From Botryllus schlosseri (Eukaryota), in NCBI GenBank assembly GCA_051294905.1, contig CM119372.1, positions 31,808,001 through 31,872,000 of the forward strand: a stretch of 64,000 nt of DNA, read 5' to 3'. Made by a program: the position numbers and the translations under genes. The notes under the pieces were generated by a model. It was not told the DNA's origin. It saw nothing but the letters and a program-made list of their open reading frames with translations, and made no database searches. Positions 24,919-39,900 of this stretch are shown here, piece after piece. Numbering within the stretch: position 1 is the first letter of the stretch; each line of letters begins with the position of its first letter.

Positions 24919-27900
24919 GTGAGTGTGAGTGTGCGAAACGTAATTAGTGATGACTGTTAACTACGCTGAGGTGGTCAAAGTGGTCAGGAAAGCTACTCAA
25001 GTAGAAGTAGAAGTAGCGACGGAAAAATCTACTCAAGTACGAGTAGAAGTACTTCTTTTATAAGCAACCTAAAACTACTTGAAGGAGAAGTAGAAATTGC
25101 TGACTTTAAATCTACTCAAGTGAGTAAGTAGTTGTGAAAACGATCGTATAATTCGTTCGCATGGGCTGTCAAAAGCTGCAAATGGCGCTATCCAGAAGGT
25201 GTAGAGGGCTTGATTCATATTGATGCATTCCAGGAGGTGTCAATTTTTGACAGAATAAGCAGCCGTCCACATCATGGGATGTAAATGATAGTATTGATAT
25301 GGAAATGCGATACTAATCCTTTGTTTATACTCGAACACCCGGTTTCAGGGAATATCATGACTTGGCTCCCTCCCCTATATTATAAGGCCCCTAGTTCAGT
25401 CGAAGAGCAATACGGAGAAGTTGTGTGGGATACGGATTTAACACTTTGCGCGATCAGCATACGTTAATTAGGAATATGGCAGATCGTAAAAATGCCGTAT
25501 ACTGTATAGCTTTATTTTCGAAAAATATAAGGCATTTGCTTTTATACTTCAACATGTATGTTCTCCAGACAAAAGAACTGAAGCTATAATTAGAAGAGAA
25601 CGTATAATAGTCGTAATTGAAAGAAAAATACAAATGCAAATACTACTTCTAAAAAGCGGAAAATATATTTCATGTATTTTGTCTAGAAAGTTTCAACGGT
25701 AGTTTCAGACGTTATGGGGGCCATACTTACTGCGATGAAATATTGGATATAGGCGACAATGCGGTGTGAACGGAACCACGCAACCCGGTATCTAAATTAT
25801 ATTGAGCGATACTTTCGTTAAAACATATTTGTCACTCCCAATGTACTGTGCGCGAAGCGCAACAAAAATTCTGGGTGTTACATGACTTTTATGAAAATTA
25901 AATGTCGGTAACTACGTGGAAACAGCCCCGAAATTCCTTAGGCTATCTTTCTCATTGGGGGATTAAACTACTTCTACTAGCGAAAAGTATGTAATTGTTC
26001 ACAAAATATTACGAAGTAGAAGTAGCGAAAAAAGATCTACTTGAGTAAGTATCAGAAGTAGAGAAAAACTACTTGAGTACTTTAAAAAAGTAGAAGTATT
26101 TCGTTACTGACCACCTTGGTAACTACGCTATATTAGGTAGACTACGTGTTCAATTGTTCATTGTTCAGCCTGCAGGCGTGAGCAGTGAGAACGCAATTCA
26201 AATCTTCTATTATTAGTTATGAAGTCGACATTAACAAAAACTAACGAAAATGACTTAAGGTATTCATTACCGAAACATTGTAGATGGTTGTGATTAAGGC
26301 CAGACCGCACTTTTGGAGGTTTTAAATGAAAGACCCATCTTGTTCCTGCCGTTTATACGAATTTTAGGGCGTTTGCTCCGCGAAAACAGACAACTTGAAA
26401 GTGGATCAGAGTTGATCAAACTATAGAACGTTTCGACCAAAGTTGAGGTTGAAGAAACGCCGTAAATTTCTATTACGTAAATTACACTGCTCAACAATTT
26501 TGCAGAAGTTGTTTGCTTCCGAAAAGAAAAGAGTTCTTATATATGGACGCTGAAAATATCGGTTAAAATTGGTGATTGCCATGATGGTTTCGAAAATATT
26601 TTATTTTCATTTTGGTATTGGTATACACTTGTTAAACAGTGTACCAATTGTATGCGTTTATATTCATGCGTAGCATATCCGTGGAGGCCAATACTGCCTC
26701 GGAAACTTCTGAACTCAGTGGGACCGAGCTCAGACCATATAGGACAGTGGTTCCAAACGTGGGCGATAGGGGGGCGATGACGCGCCAAAACGGCTGACAT
26801 TTTTTTTTTTTTTTAGTCAACCCACGGAAATTTAGTTGCAAAAGTGTGTCAAATTAGACATCGTGGCGAAAATTTAACGTTTTTTTTTAGTCAACCCGCC
26901 GGTGATTACAGTTTGTATGCCCAATTTTCGGTACACAGAATTTGGGGGGCGATGATCGGTGTTGACCTTGAAAAGGGGGCGATGGGGCGAAAAAGGTTGG
27001 GAACCACTGATATAGGATATGCGCACGGTCATATGTTAGATTCCTATGAAGGGACCTAGGGTATAGGTTAGGGATGGATCGAATCCCTGAAAGGTTCCGG
27101 TTCGTGTGGAAGGAATGATAACGTTGAAAGTAGGTAATTCGGAAGTTGAGTCGGAATAATGACCCTTTTTGGTGTTCGCAATCCCAACGTATAGTTTGAT
27201 GGCATGTTAGGTTTTGATTGTTGAGAGGAATTGTCAAATATGAAATTCGGACTATATCAAATATGAACTGGGGGTAAATTTTCAGAGGCCTATTTTGTCA
27301 AAAATAATCATGTACAATGATAGTTCGTAGCATATAGATAGCTTGTCGATTTTGGTGTCTAAACCCGTTTATAACACCACTTGAGCTTAAATCACACATA
27401 AATCATAAATACCAATGGCACGGGCCGCGTGCCATTAAAACTTGGCAATTTATCACGGGAGAGACAATTTTTCTATACGAGTCGCAGGTGTTCGAAGAGA
27501 GCAATGATTCCTAAACCGTGTGCCGCGGTACATTAGTGTGCCGCCACAGATTCTCAGGTGTGCCGCGAACAATTATGGGATTTTAAAGAAAACTGTGTAA
27601 ATATTTTGATAAAGGCCTGAAGACTAGCATATGCGTCTTAAAGACTCTTTAACTTCTTCAGCAGCTGTTAAATAAGCACAAATAATGATGCAATCATTTA
27701 TGGCATCCAATTACATCACGGAATCTTTTCGCAGAAGAACAGCAAAGTTAGTTGCGATAATGCCTATTCAAAAGAAATTGGATTCCCTGTGTGCTAGCAA
27801 ACCAAATTCCGTAATCGGTGCAATAAAGAATCAATATTGTGTTGAAATTCGCATCTTCATGGCTAGGTTGCCATGGCTTTCCTTTTTTGAGTGAAATCAA

Positions 27901-30900
27901 AAGCTGTAAACAAGAGACGCTGCTCGGAATTAGTGACAAAATGCGGGTATGTTTGTGTACCATTAAACCTCCTTTCTAGTTGATATCTTCTGCTCAGATA
28001 ATAAAAAACATCGACATTTTTTAAAGCAAATTTTCTCGGCCTACGTGTGCCGCGAAAGCTTTGTAATTTTTCTCGTGTGCCACAAGCCGAAAAAAGTTTG
28101 GGAACCACTGGGCAAGAGACTAATTCAATTGTGTACTTTTGAGCTGCCATGAAATGCGCTCCCTAAGAGCGGCCGTTTTAAGCACCCTGTAGGGATGCTT
28201 GACAGACATGCCATAACAGCATAAGCAGAGGTGGTCAGTAACGAAGTACTTCTACTTTTTCGAAGTACTCAAGTAGTTTTCCTCTACTTTTGGTACTTAC
28301 TCAAGTAAATATGATTTTCGCTACTTCTACTTCGTAAAATTTTGTGATCTACTTACTCACTTTTCGCTATTTTCAGTTTGTCAAGTAGAAGTAGTTCAAT
28401 CATCCAATCAGGAAGATAATTTCGGGGCTGTCAACATTTAATTTTCATAAAAGTTCAAGTAAGTTGAGTAAAGCCCAGAATTTTCGTCGCGCGTAGCGGA
28501 TACGGAGTAACCAGTATAATTTCACGATAGTATCGGTGAATATAATTTAGGTAGCGGGTTGGCGTGGTTCCGTTCACGCCACATTGTCGCCCATCGCCCA
28601 TATGAAATAGTTCATCACAGTATATATGGCTCATCATAACATTTCAAACTGAAGTTTCGCAATCTAACATTTACTTATCGTGTCGTAATCTAGCAGGTCC
28701 ATGGCGTGTCCTAATCTGGAAAAATGAACTCTGACTGCTGTTTTAGCATTCCACCTTTGAAACTTTCTGGACTTTTAAAAGTAGTATTTATATTTCACTT
28801 CCAATTCTCAGTATCATATACTTTGAGTTCTAATTAATATCAGTCCTTTTGTCTGGATAACATAGCCTACATGTGGACGTATAAAAGCAAGTGTAGTAAT
28901 GCCTTTAATTTCCGGAAATAAAGACACACAATATGTCATTTTTACGGTCCACCATATTTTTGATTAACGTTTACTAATCGCGCGAAGTGTTTACACCGTA
29001 TCCTATACAACTTCTCCGTATTGCTCTCCGACTAATCTACGGGCCTTATAATATGGGGGAGGGCACTATGCCATGATATTTTCTGAAACGTGCTGTTCGA
29101 GAAAACAGAAGACTAGTATCGTATTTAAATATCAACACTATCATTTTCATCCCATGATGTGGACGAATGCTTATGCTGTCGAAAATTGGATACCTCCTGG
29201 TATGCATCAATATGAATCCAGCTCGTCACCTTTCGCATAGCTCAATTTGCAGCTTTTGACAATCCATGTGAACACATTAGGATCGTTTTCAGAACTACTT
29301 ACTTACTTGAGTAGAGTTAAAGTCAGTCAATTCTACTTCTACTTCAAGTAGTTTTAAGTTGCTTATGGAAGAAGTACTTCTACTCGTACTTGAGTAGATT
29401 TTTTCGTCACTACTTCTACTTCTACTTGAGTAGCTTTCTTGACTACTTTGACCACCTCTGAGCATAAGCCAACAGCTCACAAATTCGCCAGGTAATCTTA
29501 TTTCAGAGACATCTTCTGATCGGTACAAGATCCGGTATCAGTCAAAACCTGGCAACGGTTTACGGATGGTGTGACGCAATTACTGCACTTAAAATCGTAA
29601 TATATTTAAGACACATGCCGTTGTTGAAACTTTGAAGTTTCAGCACAAATTAAACTCATTCCTAGTTCAAGAAACATCATTTCTCCCAGACGGCTTTGCG
29701 CCCTCTTCAAATGCTTTCACTTCCTAAAGGGGACGTGCGCCCCAGGTCTAGAACAACTGGTATAAAGTAATTTTACTGGCATATTTACCTTGGAATTTTC
29801 AAACGTCGTCGTTGCAGATTACAGCCCGGACTGTTGGATGGGTAGGTGTCGGATTTGGGGTCGGGAAAACTATGGCAAAAGCGGATTTTATTATTGGCGG
29901 CGTCCGCAATGGGGTACCGTACGTTTGGGTAAGTTGATTGCCGGGAAGTGGTTGAATTTCAATTGAAGGGAAATGGAATTGCAAATTTATCTGAATGTGA
30001 AAATATATTTTACATGGTACGTTGTTACATTGTTACTTATTACTTCTCCCTTCCAAAACTATTTTCATACTGCAATTTTATATATAGGCCACTGAACTAT
30101 CAGTATATGCCTTTTATATGTCATTAGTCGGACGTGCGGCTGCAATGCAACTGTGCTGTGCATTCGAGTCTGACCGATATATGCCTCAGGATTGCTATAC
30201 ACTCGGACTATTGAACGTTTATTCACGCTCACGCTATTTGCGTAGGCAACACAAAAATACGACTCCCGAATAGAACCCATATGATGCGTAATGTGATGTA
30301 ATATAGTAATATGTATTTAGGCTTGGTAATAACGAATTCAAGTGGAAAACATCACATGGATTTTGAGGTAACGTTCTGGAATCATTTGACTGGTCCGACC
30401 CGCGAGCAATCTGAGGGTTTGAAACCGGCCCGCGACGTTGGTCGCCCATGGCCCAGTGGCGTAACAGCCACCTGGCGCTCATGGCTCTGCGCAATGGGCT
30501 GCAGTCTGCTAGGGGTCGGCAAAATGTGAGGTGATGACCTTGTTTTTAGTAAGATTTCAAGCAAACATAATTACAAAGTTTGAAATTATTTCAAATTTGC
30601 GCGGCATTTTTAACAAAAGCCATGGGCGGCACCATGTGCTCCTTCGTCACTGTCCTGGCCTACATGGTCGGATGATATAATAATTTTGTAGATCTCCTGG
30701 TTGCCAGTGCCTGGTTGCCATGAACGCACCATGTCCAATGTCCATGTTCATAACTATAGTTTATGGGCTGCACGAATAAATATATTCTCTTCCTAACTTC
30801 TTTTATCCTAATCTCTAGGGCGATTTTTTTTACCTAAAAAAGGAAAATTTTGACCTAAAAAATCAAAATTCTGACTTTTTTTGATCTAAAGAAACTGAAT

Positions 30901-33900
30901 TTTCCCCCAATTGTAACCTAACGTATGCAAATTAGGTGTTTCTAACATAATGTTAAAAATTGTACAACTTATCTTCATTTTTGGATGGATCTCGCAGTCC
31001 TAACGAAGTGGTTTGGACTGAAAAAATGTTTTTGGCTTAGAAACAGACATCGTTTTACATGAAAAAAGTAGTATTTTAACGAAATCCGACCCTATGAACA
31101 ATTCCAGTAGTTACAATACGTATTATGGTAGAAATAATTAAAATTTGTTGTAGTACAACGAGAGATACTTTCGTACATTCTTGGGTTGTAAGTGTAAGTC
31201 CCTACTAAGAGGCTTGCCAATAATGGAGAAAGAACGTTCAACAGCAGCAGTTGTTGGCTGACAACACTCAAGTTGTGCGTACACTGCTGGTGACATACCG
31301 TGTTGCTTCATTCTGACAATGTTGTCTACATCACAATTTCTCATCATGCGCTTCTTAATGTAGGATTGATACAATGCCCAAGAAGTCTTTCTTCAGTTAG
31401 GATGTTGCGGTACGTTGACCATAACACCATGTCTGCCCATTTGTTTTATTAGACCGTTTCTGATTCACAATGAGCAGACAATTGGCCGTTTACAACGGTA
31501 GGCCTATATAAAGTAGGCTACAAGCTGTAAAATATCAAATGATAAGTTCACCGACAGTGCAAAATCTACGATACAAACGAAATGCGGACGTCAAAATTGA
31601 CTTTATTAACTATTTTGACAAATTTCTACCTAACGCTACAATTTTGACAAACTTTTGACAAATTTTGACATGTCAAAAATATCGTCATACTAATCTCTGT
31701 ATTTTATTAGGATTGTCATGCTCAATACAACGGACCACCGACCATCGACGAGGAACAAAATGTTGACATTACGAGCGCGAGGGAAAATTCTACGCATACC
31801 TCAATAATCGTGAGAAGGTCGTTGGCAGTGGATGACATTTTCGACAGGAATATTGCTGTAAGTTTACGCATTATCAGCTGTATCGTCGAACCCAGAACTT
31901 CTATAGCGTTTTCGAGATTGGTGTCCATAGCGAAGTTAGATATTGCACTGATGCATACAGACCTTGTCAAGCACACAACCCCTGACAAATAATGACACAT
32001 TTAAATCATCGCTTTTTGTCACCGACACGGAGTTTACAACATTGGTTATATTGATTTATAAGTAAATATTTACATATCGAGGCGAGCAGAGGTCATTGTA
32101 CTATTTCTACGAAAAAATTCAATTCAATTTGATCTTTGAAATTTCATCTCTACGGCGTCATAGTTGCTGATAAGACTGTTGATATACAAAGTTATTTCGA
32201 ACTCTCAGTCTACTAGTTCCTGGCGACTATCCCTGACTAGTGACTAGTATCAGCCGAAAATATTCAGGTTTATTTCAATATGAATCTATTATTCACTTTT
32301 CGAAAATTGCACTTATTTCTAGAGGAATTAGTCATTTTTCATTACTCAATAAAAATGTATATATCGTGATTGCGAATGTAAAAACAGCCTATTTACTGTT
32401 ACAGGCATTGGACCCCGTGACCAAATCTACAGTGTGACACTTGCGTACTTTTAAAACCTCCATTCACTATACTCAGAGGTGGTCAAAGTAGTGAGGAAAA
32501 CTACTCAAGTAGAAGTAGAAGTAGTGTCGAACAAATCTACTCAAGTACAAGTAGAAGTACTTCTTCCATAAGTCACCTAAAACTACTTGAAGTAGAAGTA
32601 GATTTGACTGACTTTAAATCTACTCAAGTAAGTAAGTAGTTTTGAAAACGGTCTTAATTCGTTCGCATGGACTGTTAAAAAGCTGCAAATTGAGTTATGC
32701 GGAAGGTGCAGAGAGCTTGATTCGTATTGATGCATCCCAGGAGGTATCAATTTTTGACAGAATAAGCATTCGTTCGCATCATGGGATGACAATTATAGTA
32801 TTGATATGAAAATGCGATGCTAACCCTTTGTTTACTAGAAGACCCCGTTTTAGAGAATATCGTGGCATGGCGCCCTACCCCATGTTATAAGGCGCCAAGT
32901 TTAGGTGACGTGCAATACGGAGAAGTTGTATAGGATACGGTTTCAACACTTTGGGCGATTAGTATACGTTAATAACAAATATTGTGAATCGTAAAATTTA
33001 TAATTAGTGTAGCTTTATTTTCGGAAAATAGAGGCACACTTGCTTTTATGCTTCAAATGTATGTTCTGCAGACAAAAGAACTGAAAGTAATCAGAACCCA
33101 AAGTATGAAACTCGGAATTGAAAGTGAAATACAAATACCACTTCTAAAAAGCGGAAAATATATTTCATGTCTTTTGTCCATAAAGCTTCAAAGGTGAACT
33201 GCTAAAACAGGAGTAACGTTCAAAAAAACAAGATTTTCCAGATTAGCACGACACGTCATGGGCTGCTAGATCATGATATGATAGGCAATTGCTAGATTGC
33301 GAAACGGTAGTTTCAAACGTTATGGTGAGCCATATTTGCTTTGATGAAATATTTGATATGGGCGACAATGCGGTGCGAACGGAACCATGCAATCCGGTAC
33401 CTACATTATATTCACTGACACTTTCGTGAAACATATATGACATACTACTGTGCGGCGCGAAGCGCAACAAAATCTCTGGACTTGACTTGACCTTTTTGAA
33501 TATTAAATGTTGGTACTCCGTGAAAACAGCCCAAAAATTCCTCAGGCCCTATTTCGTATTGGGGGATTAAACTACTTCTACTTGACAAACTGAAAATAGC
33601 GAAAAGTAAGTAAGTAGATCACAAAATATTACGAAGTAGAAGTAGGGAAAATCAGATATACTTGAGTAAGTACCAGAAGTAGAGGAAAACTACTTGAGTA
33701 CTTGCAAAAAGTAGAAGTACTTCGTTACTGACCACCGGAATTAGTTGTGATATGTCCTGTATATCGATACATATACTTGTGCTTGAGTAAAAATTTATGA
33801 AATTGCTTTTACTTCTAACCGAGTAGAAACCCTGACTATACTCCGACCATAATAACCTCTTTTGTGATTTTATGAGTATTTCTGTGACATCAAGCAATTA

Positions 33901-36900
33901 ACTCTATCATCCTCCCAGACTGGTGACATGATTATTCTTTGGGCATTCGGAAATTCGGATAAAGAAATTGAATGGCAAAGTAGTGACTATCATGGAGCAA
34001 ACAAAGGTACATGTTGCTGATTCAGAATTTCCACTGTGAATTTATTGCTTGCAATGTGCGGGTAAATATGATTGCTTGTTACGTATAGGTGCTGTGGAAG
34101 CGGAACTGTTGGGGAATAGAGAGAACTCGATGACGAAAGGTGGATCAGTTGTTTGTTAATTGCTAAAACCCCAAATGGTATTGTAATGGCGTATAATTGT
34201 TTAGATATTGTCAGCACGACACTGACTTTGAAATGATTTGATTTAACACTCTCGTAAAGGTTTATAATGTCAACTATTTAAGAACAGTCAGATACGGTAT
34301 ATAACTTACTCAAATCAGCAATAATGAAACCCTCGTGATAATGAATAAACCTGTTTTTTCATATGACTACTAAATTTATCTGATTGCTACATGGTCTTTA
34401 GTAGTGTGAGTAGAAAATCACTTCATAATCATTCAAATTGGCCTAGACTGTATTAGTGAATACACCTGCAAAAGTTGGCCTATGATGTCTGAGAGTATAT
34501 TGAGAAATTTTTGTCACATATTATATCGACGTTGGTCTTAATGTAACAATGTCACTAAAAACTGATATCGATTACATTGCTACATTGTCATGAGCAGTGT
34601 GAATGGAAAGATCTGTTAAATGAATCAACTGCACTGTATCCGTTGAGGCACTTCTTAAGTCCACAATATACAATGTCTGAGCATATATTGAGAAATTTCT
34701 GTCACGTGTGAAATCCACACAGGCCTAAATGTTACAACATTGGTGCAAAATTGATGTCACTTACATTGTAGGTTATAGTATTGTGACATACGGATATATG
34801 TCTTATGTGAACGTCATGGTTTTGATTGCTTTGGTGCCTACGCTTCTCCCACCACTGCTCCATTAAATAACATATTGTGCTTTGAATGCGGTCAGTTGGA
34901 AAAGTTTTCTATCCTAAGGTTGATGCAGTATTTATGTTATCCGCCTTGCCTGAATTTGCTCTCATAACCATAGATACAAGAACTACCATCACCATGTCCA
35001 CACCAGCAGTCGCTAAATCTGCATCACCGAACTTAATCGGATCGATTGAACAAAAATCGACGCTACCATATACCGCAACTTTGGATGAAGACACGCATCT
35101 GAAGCTATCTTGGAATTTCGATGATACTACCATAACATTACAGGTATTCGTATTGGTAGCTCTACCCTAGTATAAATATTACCAAAATCCGCTATCTGTC
35201 TCTGTCGTATTCTTGAAAAACTAGATTGTAGCGCCAACTACCGGGTGGATTGGACTTGGATTCGGCAGTACAGTGTCTATGAACGGAGCGGATATCATAA
35301 TGATGGGTGTCAAAAATGACGGGGCGTACGTTTTGGTAAGTTATTCTCTCAAATTATAATTTTACAATCAGATGGGAAATGCACTATTAAGCTGATTTTT
35401 GCATATATGTCCTCCTTTTTGAGATTTTGTCCTCTTTTTTGAGAATTTTGGTCAAATTTCCTGTCAAATTGGAGTGAGATACCGTAAATCAGCACCGAAG
35501 TAAAGCTCCGGCGGGTATTTCGGGAACTGAGCCGGAAAAACGACGTTTTCTAAGTCAACCGACCACGAAAGTGTCCCCCTTTCCCGATTCCAAAATATAG
35601 TAACCCTACCCTTATTATATAGTCAGTGGTATGCAATCCATTAACAGCATTGCCTATATTTGCATACCGCTGTAGCATGACTGTACCGCCTATGGTATAG
35701 TGCTCTCCCGAAATCATGGTTAATTTATGGTGGCCTGGGACTGTAATTTATATATTTGTTTTTGACGATTAGCTAAACTTTCTGACGTGATAGTTTCAGG
35801 GCCTGTCGTGATATTGATTCGACTACTACATCACTTTTGTACATCTCGCCGATCAGTACCGTATACGCGTTGCCATTTAAAATGTCACTTGGTGTGACCA
35901 TAGCTAGATCGACCTTATCTAGCTAGCCATGTTTTCAAATAACTCTGAATGCTTTAGGCTTGAGTTATAAAACACGACATAGGCCTACTTACGATCAGTT
36001 CAGCATGCGGGTCCAGTACTTTTTCAAATGTTGGTCAGCGCGGCAATACTGTTGGTAGCCTAATGTTTCCATGCAACAGGTATTTCCAGGTGAGCTCCAA
36101 TTATTTCTCCAAGACACAGGCCGAGATTGGCATATTCAATACAAAAGCACTAGAAATGCGATGCGAAGGAGAAACCGCGATAGCAGAATCGTATTAATAT
36201 TCACTGGCAATGTCATCTAAAACAACACTGACCATAATTACTAGATTTGCACTTGATTTTGACTCGCTTCCATATTTTATCTTAGTGTCTTGATATCCCA
36301 GTGGTCATGATTGTTGGCAGTACAGTAGCTAGTTATAGCAACACGGAGGAGACGAAGGCTATTAATGCGTCTCAACTGGAAGTGGGGCCATGATTAGAGC
36401 TGTTGAAAGGTGATAACGCCTATCTACTTCGATTTTAGTCAGCAACTTCTCATATTCAAAGATGTGGCTACTTTGATTCACATTGCTCCCCAAAGTGTCG
36501 GCTGTCATTATTCTTCGATGGCGGATACACAGTCAATTATAGGTAAAATATACCATAACTATCTTCGGTACTTTCAGGATTGCAATTCCGACAGAAATGG
36601 GGTGCCGAATATTGACGAAGAACAAAATATCGAGGTTGTGGCCGGATGGGAGAATGGAACTCACACAGGAGTCACGATTCACCGGAAGAGGCTAACTTGC
36701 AACAACGATGACATGGACTTACAACGGGTGAGGAGTATCGCCATTTCCTGACACCCCAATTTGAAATAACTTTGACGTTATAAATGAGGCACCACGGCCA
36801 CGTACGCTGTGTAATAGCTAGGGCGATTTTTTTTTGACATGTCAAAAAAAGTCAAAATAAGGTCAAAATTTTAGCGTTAGGTCAAAAAATGTCAAAATTG

Positions 36901-39900
36901 ACAAAATTGTTTGCAACCTGCATTTTACTTGTATCGTAGATTTTGCGCAATCGGTAAACTTATCGTTTGACATTTTACAGTTTGTAGCCTACTTTATAGG
37001 CCTACCGTGGCAGACGGCGCATTGTCTGCTCATTGTGAATCATAAACAGTCAAATGAAACAAATAGGTTGACACGGTGTTATGCTCAACGTACCGCAATA
37101 TTCTAAGTGAAGCAAGACTGCGTAGGCATTGCATGGTTCTTACAAAAATTGAGATGTACACCATTGTCAGAATGAAGCAACACGGTGTGTCACCTGCAGT
37201 GTACGAATGCACAACTTCAGTGTTGCCAGCCAATAGCTGCTACAGTTGAACGTTCTTTCTCCATTCTTCTTGCTGTTGTTGTTTTAATATTCATGGTGTT
37301 TGTCGACTACAATGGTCATTTACACCAGGCCGATATTCCTTATTTTCGATTCCGTATCCGCCGAGTATGTGCCGACTTGTAGCACGGCCCACTTCTATGC
37401 TTTTTGTAAGACACCGCTTACGCGGATGAGATGGCGAGGAGAAACCTAGATAAACCTTCAATACTTGACCTCGGTCGGACTAGAACCTAAAACCCATTGG
37501 TGTTGTAGCTGTGGATTATCCCACTACGCTATCTCGCCACATTTTCATCCTTGGCAAGCTACTTAGTAAAGACAGACACTTTTTACCCGAGAATCAGGGA
37601 TATCTAGATATCCCTGCCGAGAATGCAGGAAATTATCTTTCGTTGTACTACAACATATTTTAATTATTTTCACCATAGTACATCATGTGCTGGAATTCAT
37701 CATAGGGCCAAATTTTGTTAAAATAATATTTCGTCATGTAAAAATTTGTCAGTTTTTGAGTCAAACAAGTTTTTCAGGGAAAACTACTTCGTAAGGACAG
37801 ACAATTCAAACCAGAAATGAGGATAAGTAGTAAAATTCTAACATTTTTTGGGAAAACACCTAATTTGCATACGTTAGGTCAAAATTTGGTCAAAATTTAG
37901 TTTTTTAAGGTCAAAAAATGTCAAAATTTAGATTTTTTAGGTCAAAATCTTTCGTTTTTTAGGTCAAAAAAAAATCGCCCTAGTAATAGCACATAGTAAG
38001 CAGAAGTGGTACGGATTTTACCTTGGGCGATGTCGTAATCTGGCGAATGTTTTTGAAAATGAAAATGCGTAAACGTAGGGTTATCAAGGAACTAAAACGG
38101 CATTTCCCGAACGTGAGGCATAAATATAACATTGACATGTCACTAGTAGTGATTTTATTCTTTTTCATGTAACAATAAATATATAGCATAGGCTAGTTTC
38201 ATTCAGTGCTTCATACTGTTCCGTTTATAATACATCATGTGCAGAGGCATATTATCTGCGATCGTACGGATAAAGTAACATGTCAATATACCACGCATAT
38301 TCTTTTTTGCAAAAAAAAAAATCTTCGAACATAGATATGCTAGCTATTTGCTACAGATTATTCTATATATATTATATATAGATTAATAACGTGACGTATC
38401 CGATGCGGCATCATATTTGTCCATGGCATTTTCGCTTCAGCCTTCAACATATAGAGTACTTTGGTCGTATGGAGAAGAAGATTTGGAAGTTGACAGCCTA
38501 AGTTCGAGATACTACCATCACCGGAATCGAGGTACACATTTTCTGCAACAATTTCACAATATCGACCTGTGACGTTTAGGAAGTGTTGTCGTACAGGTGG
38601 CAGAAGTCTGCAACTGATATATCCCGTTGAATTCAAAGCATCTGGAGGTGAGAATATATTTTTGTGAAGCAGAGAAAATAATATCTGAATTATTTCTGGC
38701 AAGACGGTTTCCAATATCACTCCATTTCTTAACCTCATTGTGGCGGCCGAGCCGAGATTTTAGATGAGATAAGGATTTGTGTATTGTGACCTACTGACAT
38801 ATATGAATCAATATCTTGTCAGTTATCAGCTGCACAATGCTACCGTTGGTTTTGTTAAAAAGCAAAGATGATTTCGGAAATAGTGAGATATTGATGCATG
38901 ACGTAGCCTATTCGACGCGATAATGTGGATCTTCAGACCCGGTGTCTGGGTGGGAGTTGAAGGTGGGGCGGCGGAGGACAGGACACGTGGCAAAGATGTG
39001 GTTAGCTGCATTCATTAATTTAGATCAGTGGTTCTTAACCTTGCCTCCAGCGCCCCCCAAGGGGCGCTGGCGATTTTGAAGGGGGTGGAAACGTTCAGGG
39101 GGCGATATGGGGGCGCTGGGCTCAGAGGGCGATATGGGGGGCGCTGAAGAAAAATGGCTTCGCAGTATAGATGATGTTGTTGTAGGACATATCCTTAATG
39201 AGTATTTAGATCAAATTATCATTCCACAAAACATGTCAAATCCCAAAATTTCCGGTCGCGTTGCGCGGCGATGTTTGCTACATATGTTTTCGTACATGTA
39301 GTGGGTTATTATTATTCATGTAAAACGAATTGCGCGTGATTTCAGATCGCTAATTTCCCGTTAAAACACGACAGTCACGCTTGCTAGGGTTATTTTCAGC
39401 AACATGTTTCGAATTAGTTATCATATCCCACAGCGCGCAGCGTGTGAAAATCGAAGAAGGAGGCACTGTATATCACTTTTGAGAGTGAGAGCCCTTTGTA
39501 CATAAAATAAGTTTTGAAGCTGTGCGCACGAAATGAATAACTAGATATACTTGTATTTGAGATCTACAAAATTATATCGTCAGAATATTTCTTCATCGTA
39601 TCATAAAGGATGATGCTGTCTAGTGTTGTGGTTCACAACCTCACGTGAACGTTATATAATATGAGTTGCTTTGTTTAGAATACATTCATGTTAAAATTGA
39701 TAACTGGGTACAGTACTAAATTCAATGTGAGCAGATATATGCATCTTATTAACAGTTGACTTACTCATAGTTACACAAAGCACTAAGACAAAATCCAACA
39801 CAAATCATTTCCTCGTATTGCCAATCGCAGATGTGAATTCGGGATGGTTCGAACCACAGGGTATGTGACCGTACCAGATTGTTGTTATAACAACCTTGAT

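Noticed and set aside
24990..25130. CRISPR-like array of AAGTAG repeats (also GAGTCA at 50240-50370 and GTCAAAA at 36840-36910)
   Set aside because: Short irregular motifs without constant-length spacers, located just inside TIRs in a eukaryotic context: transposase-binding subterminal repeats.
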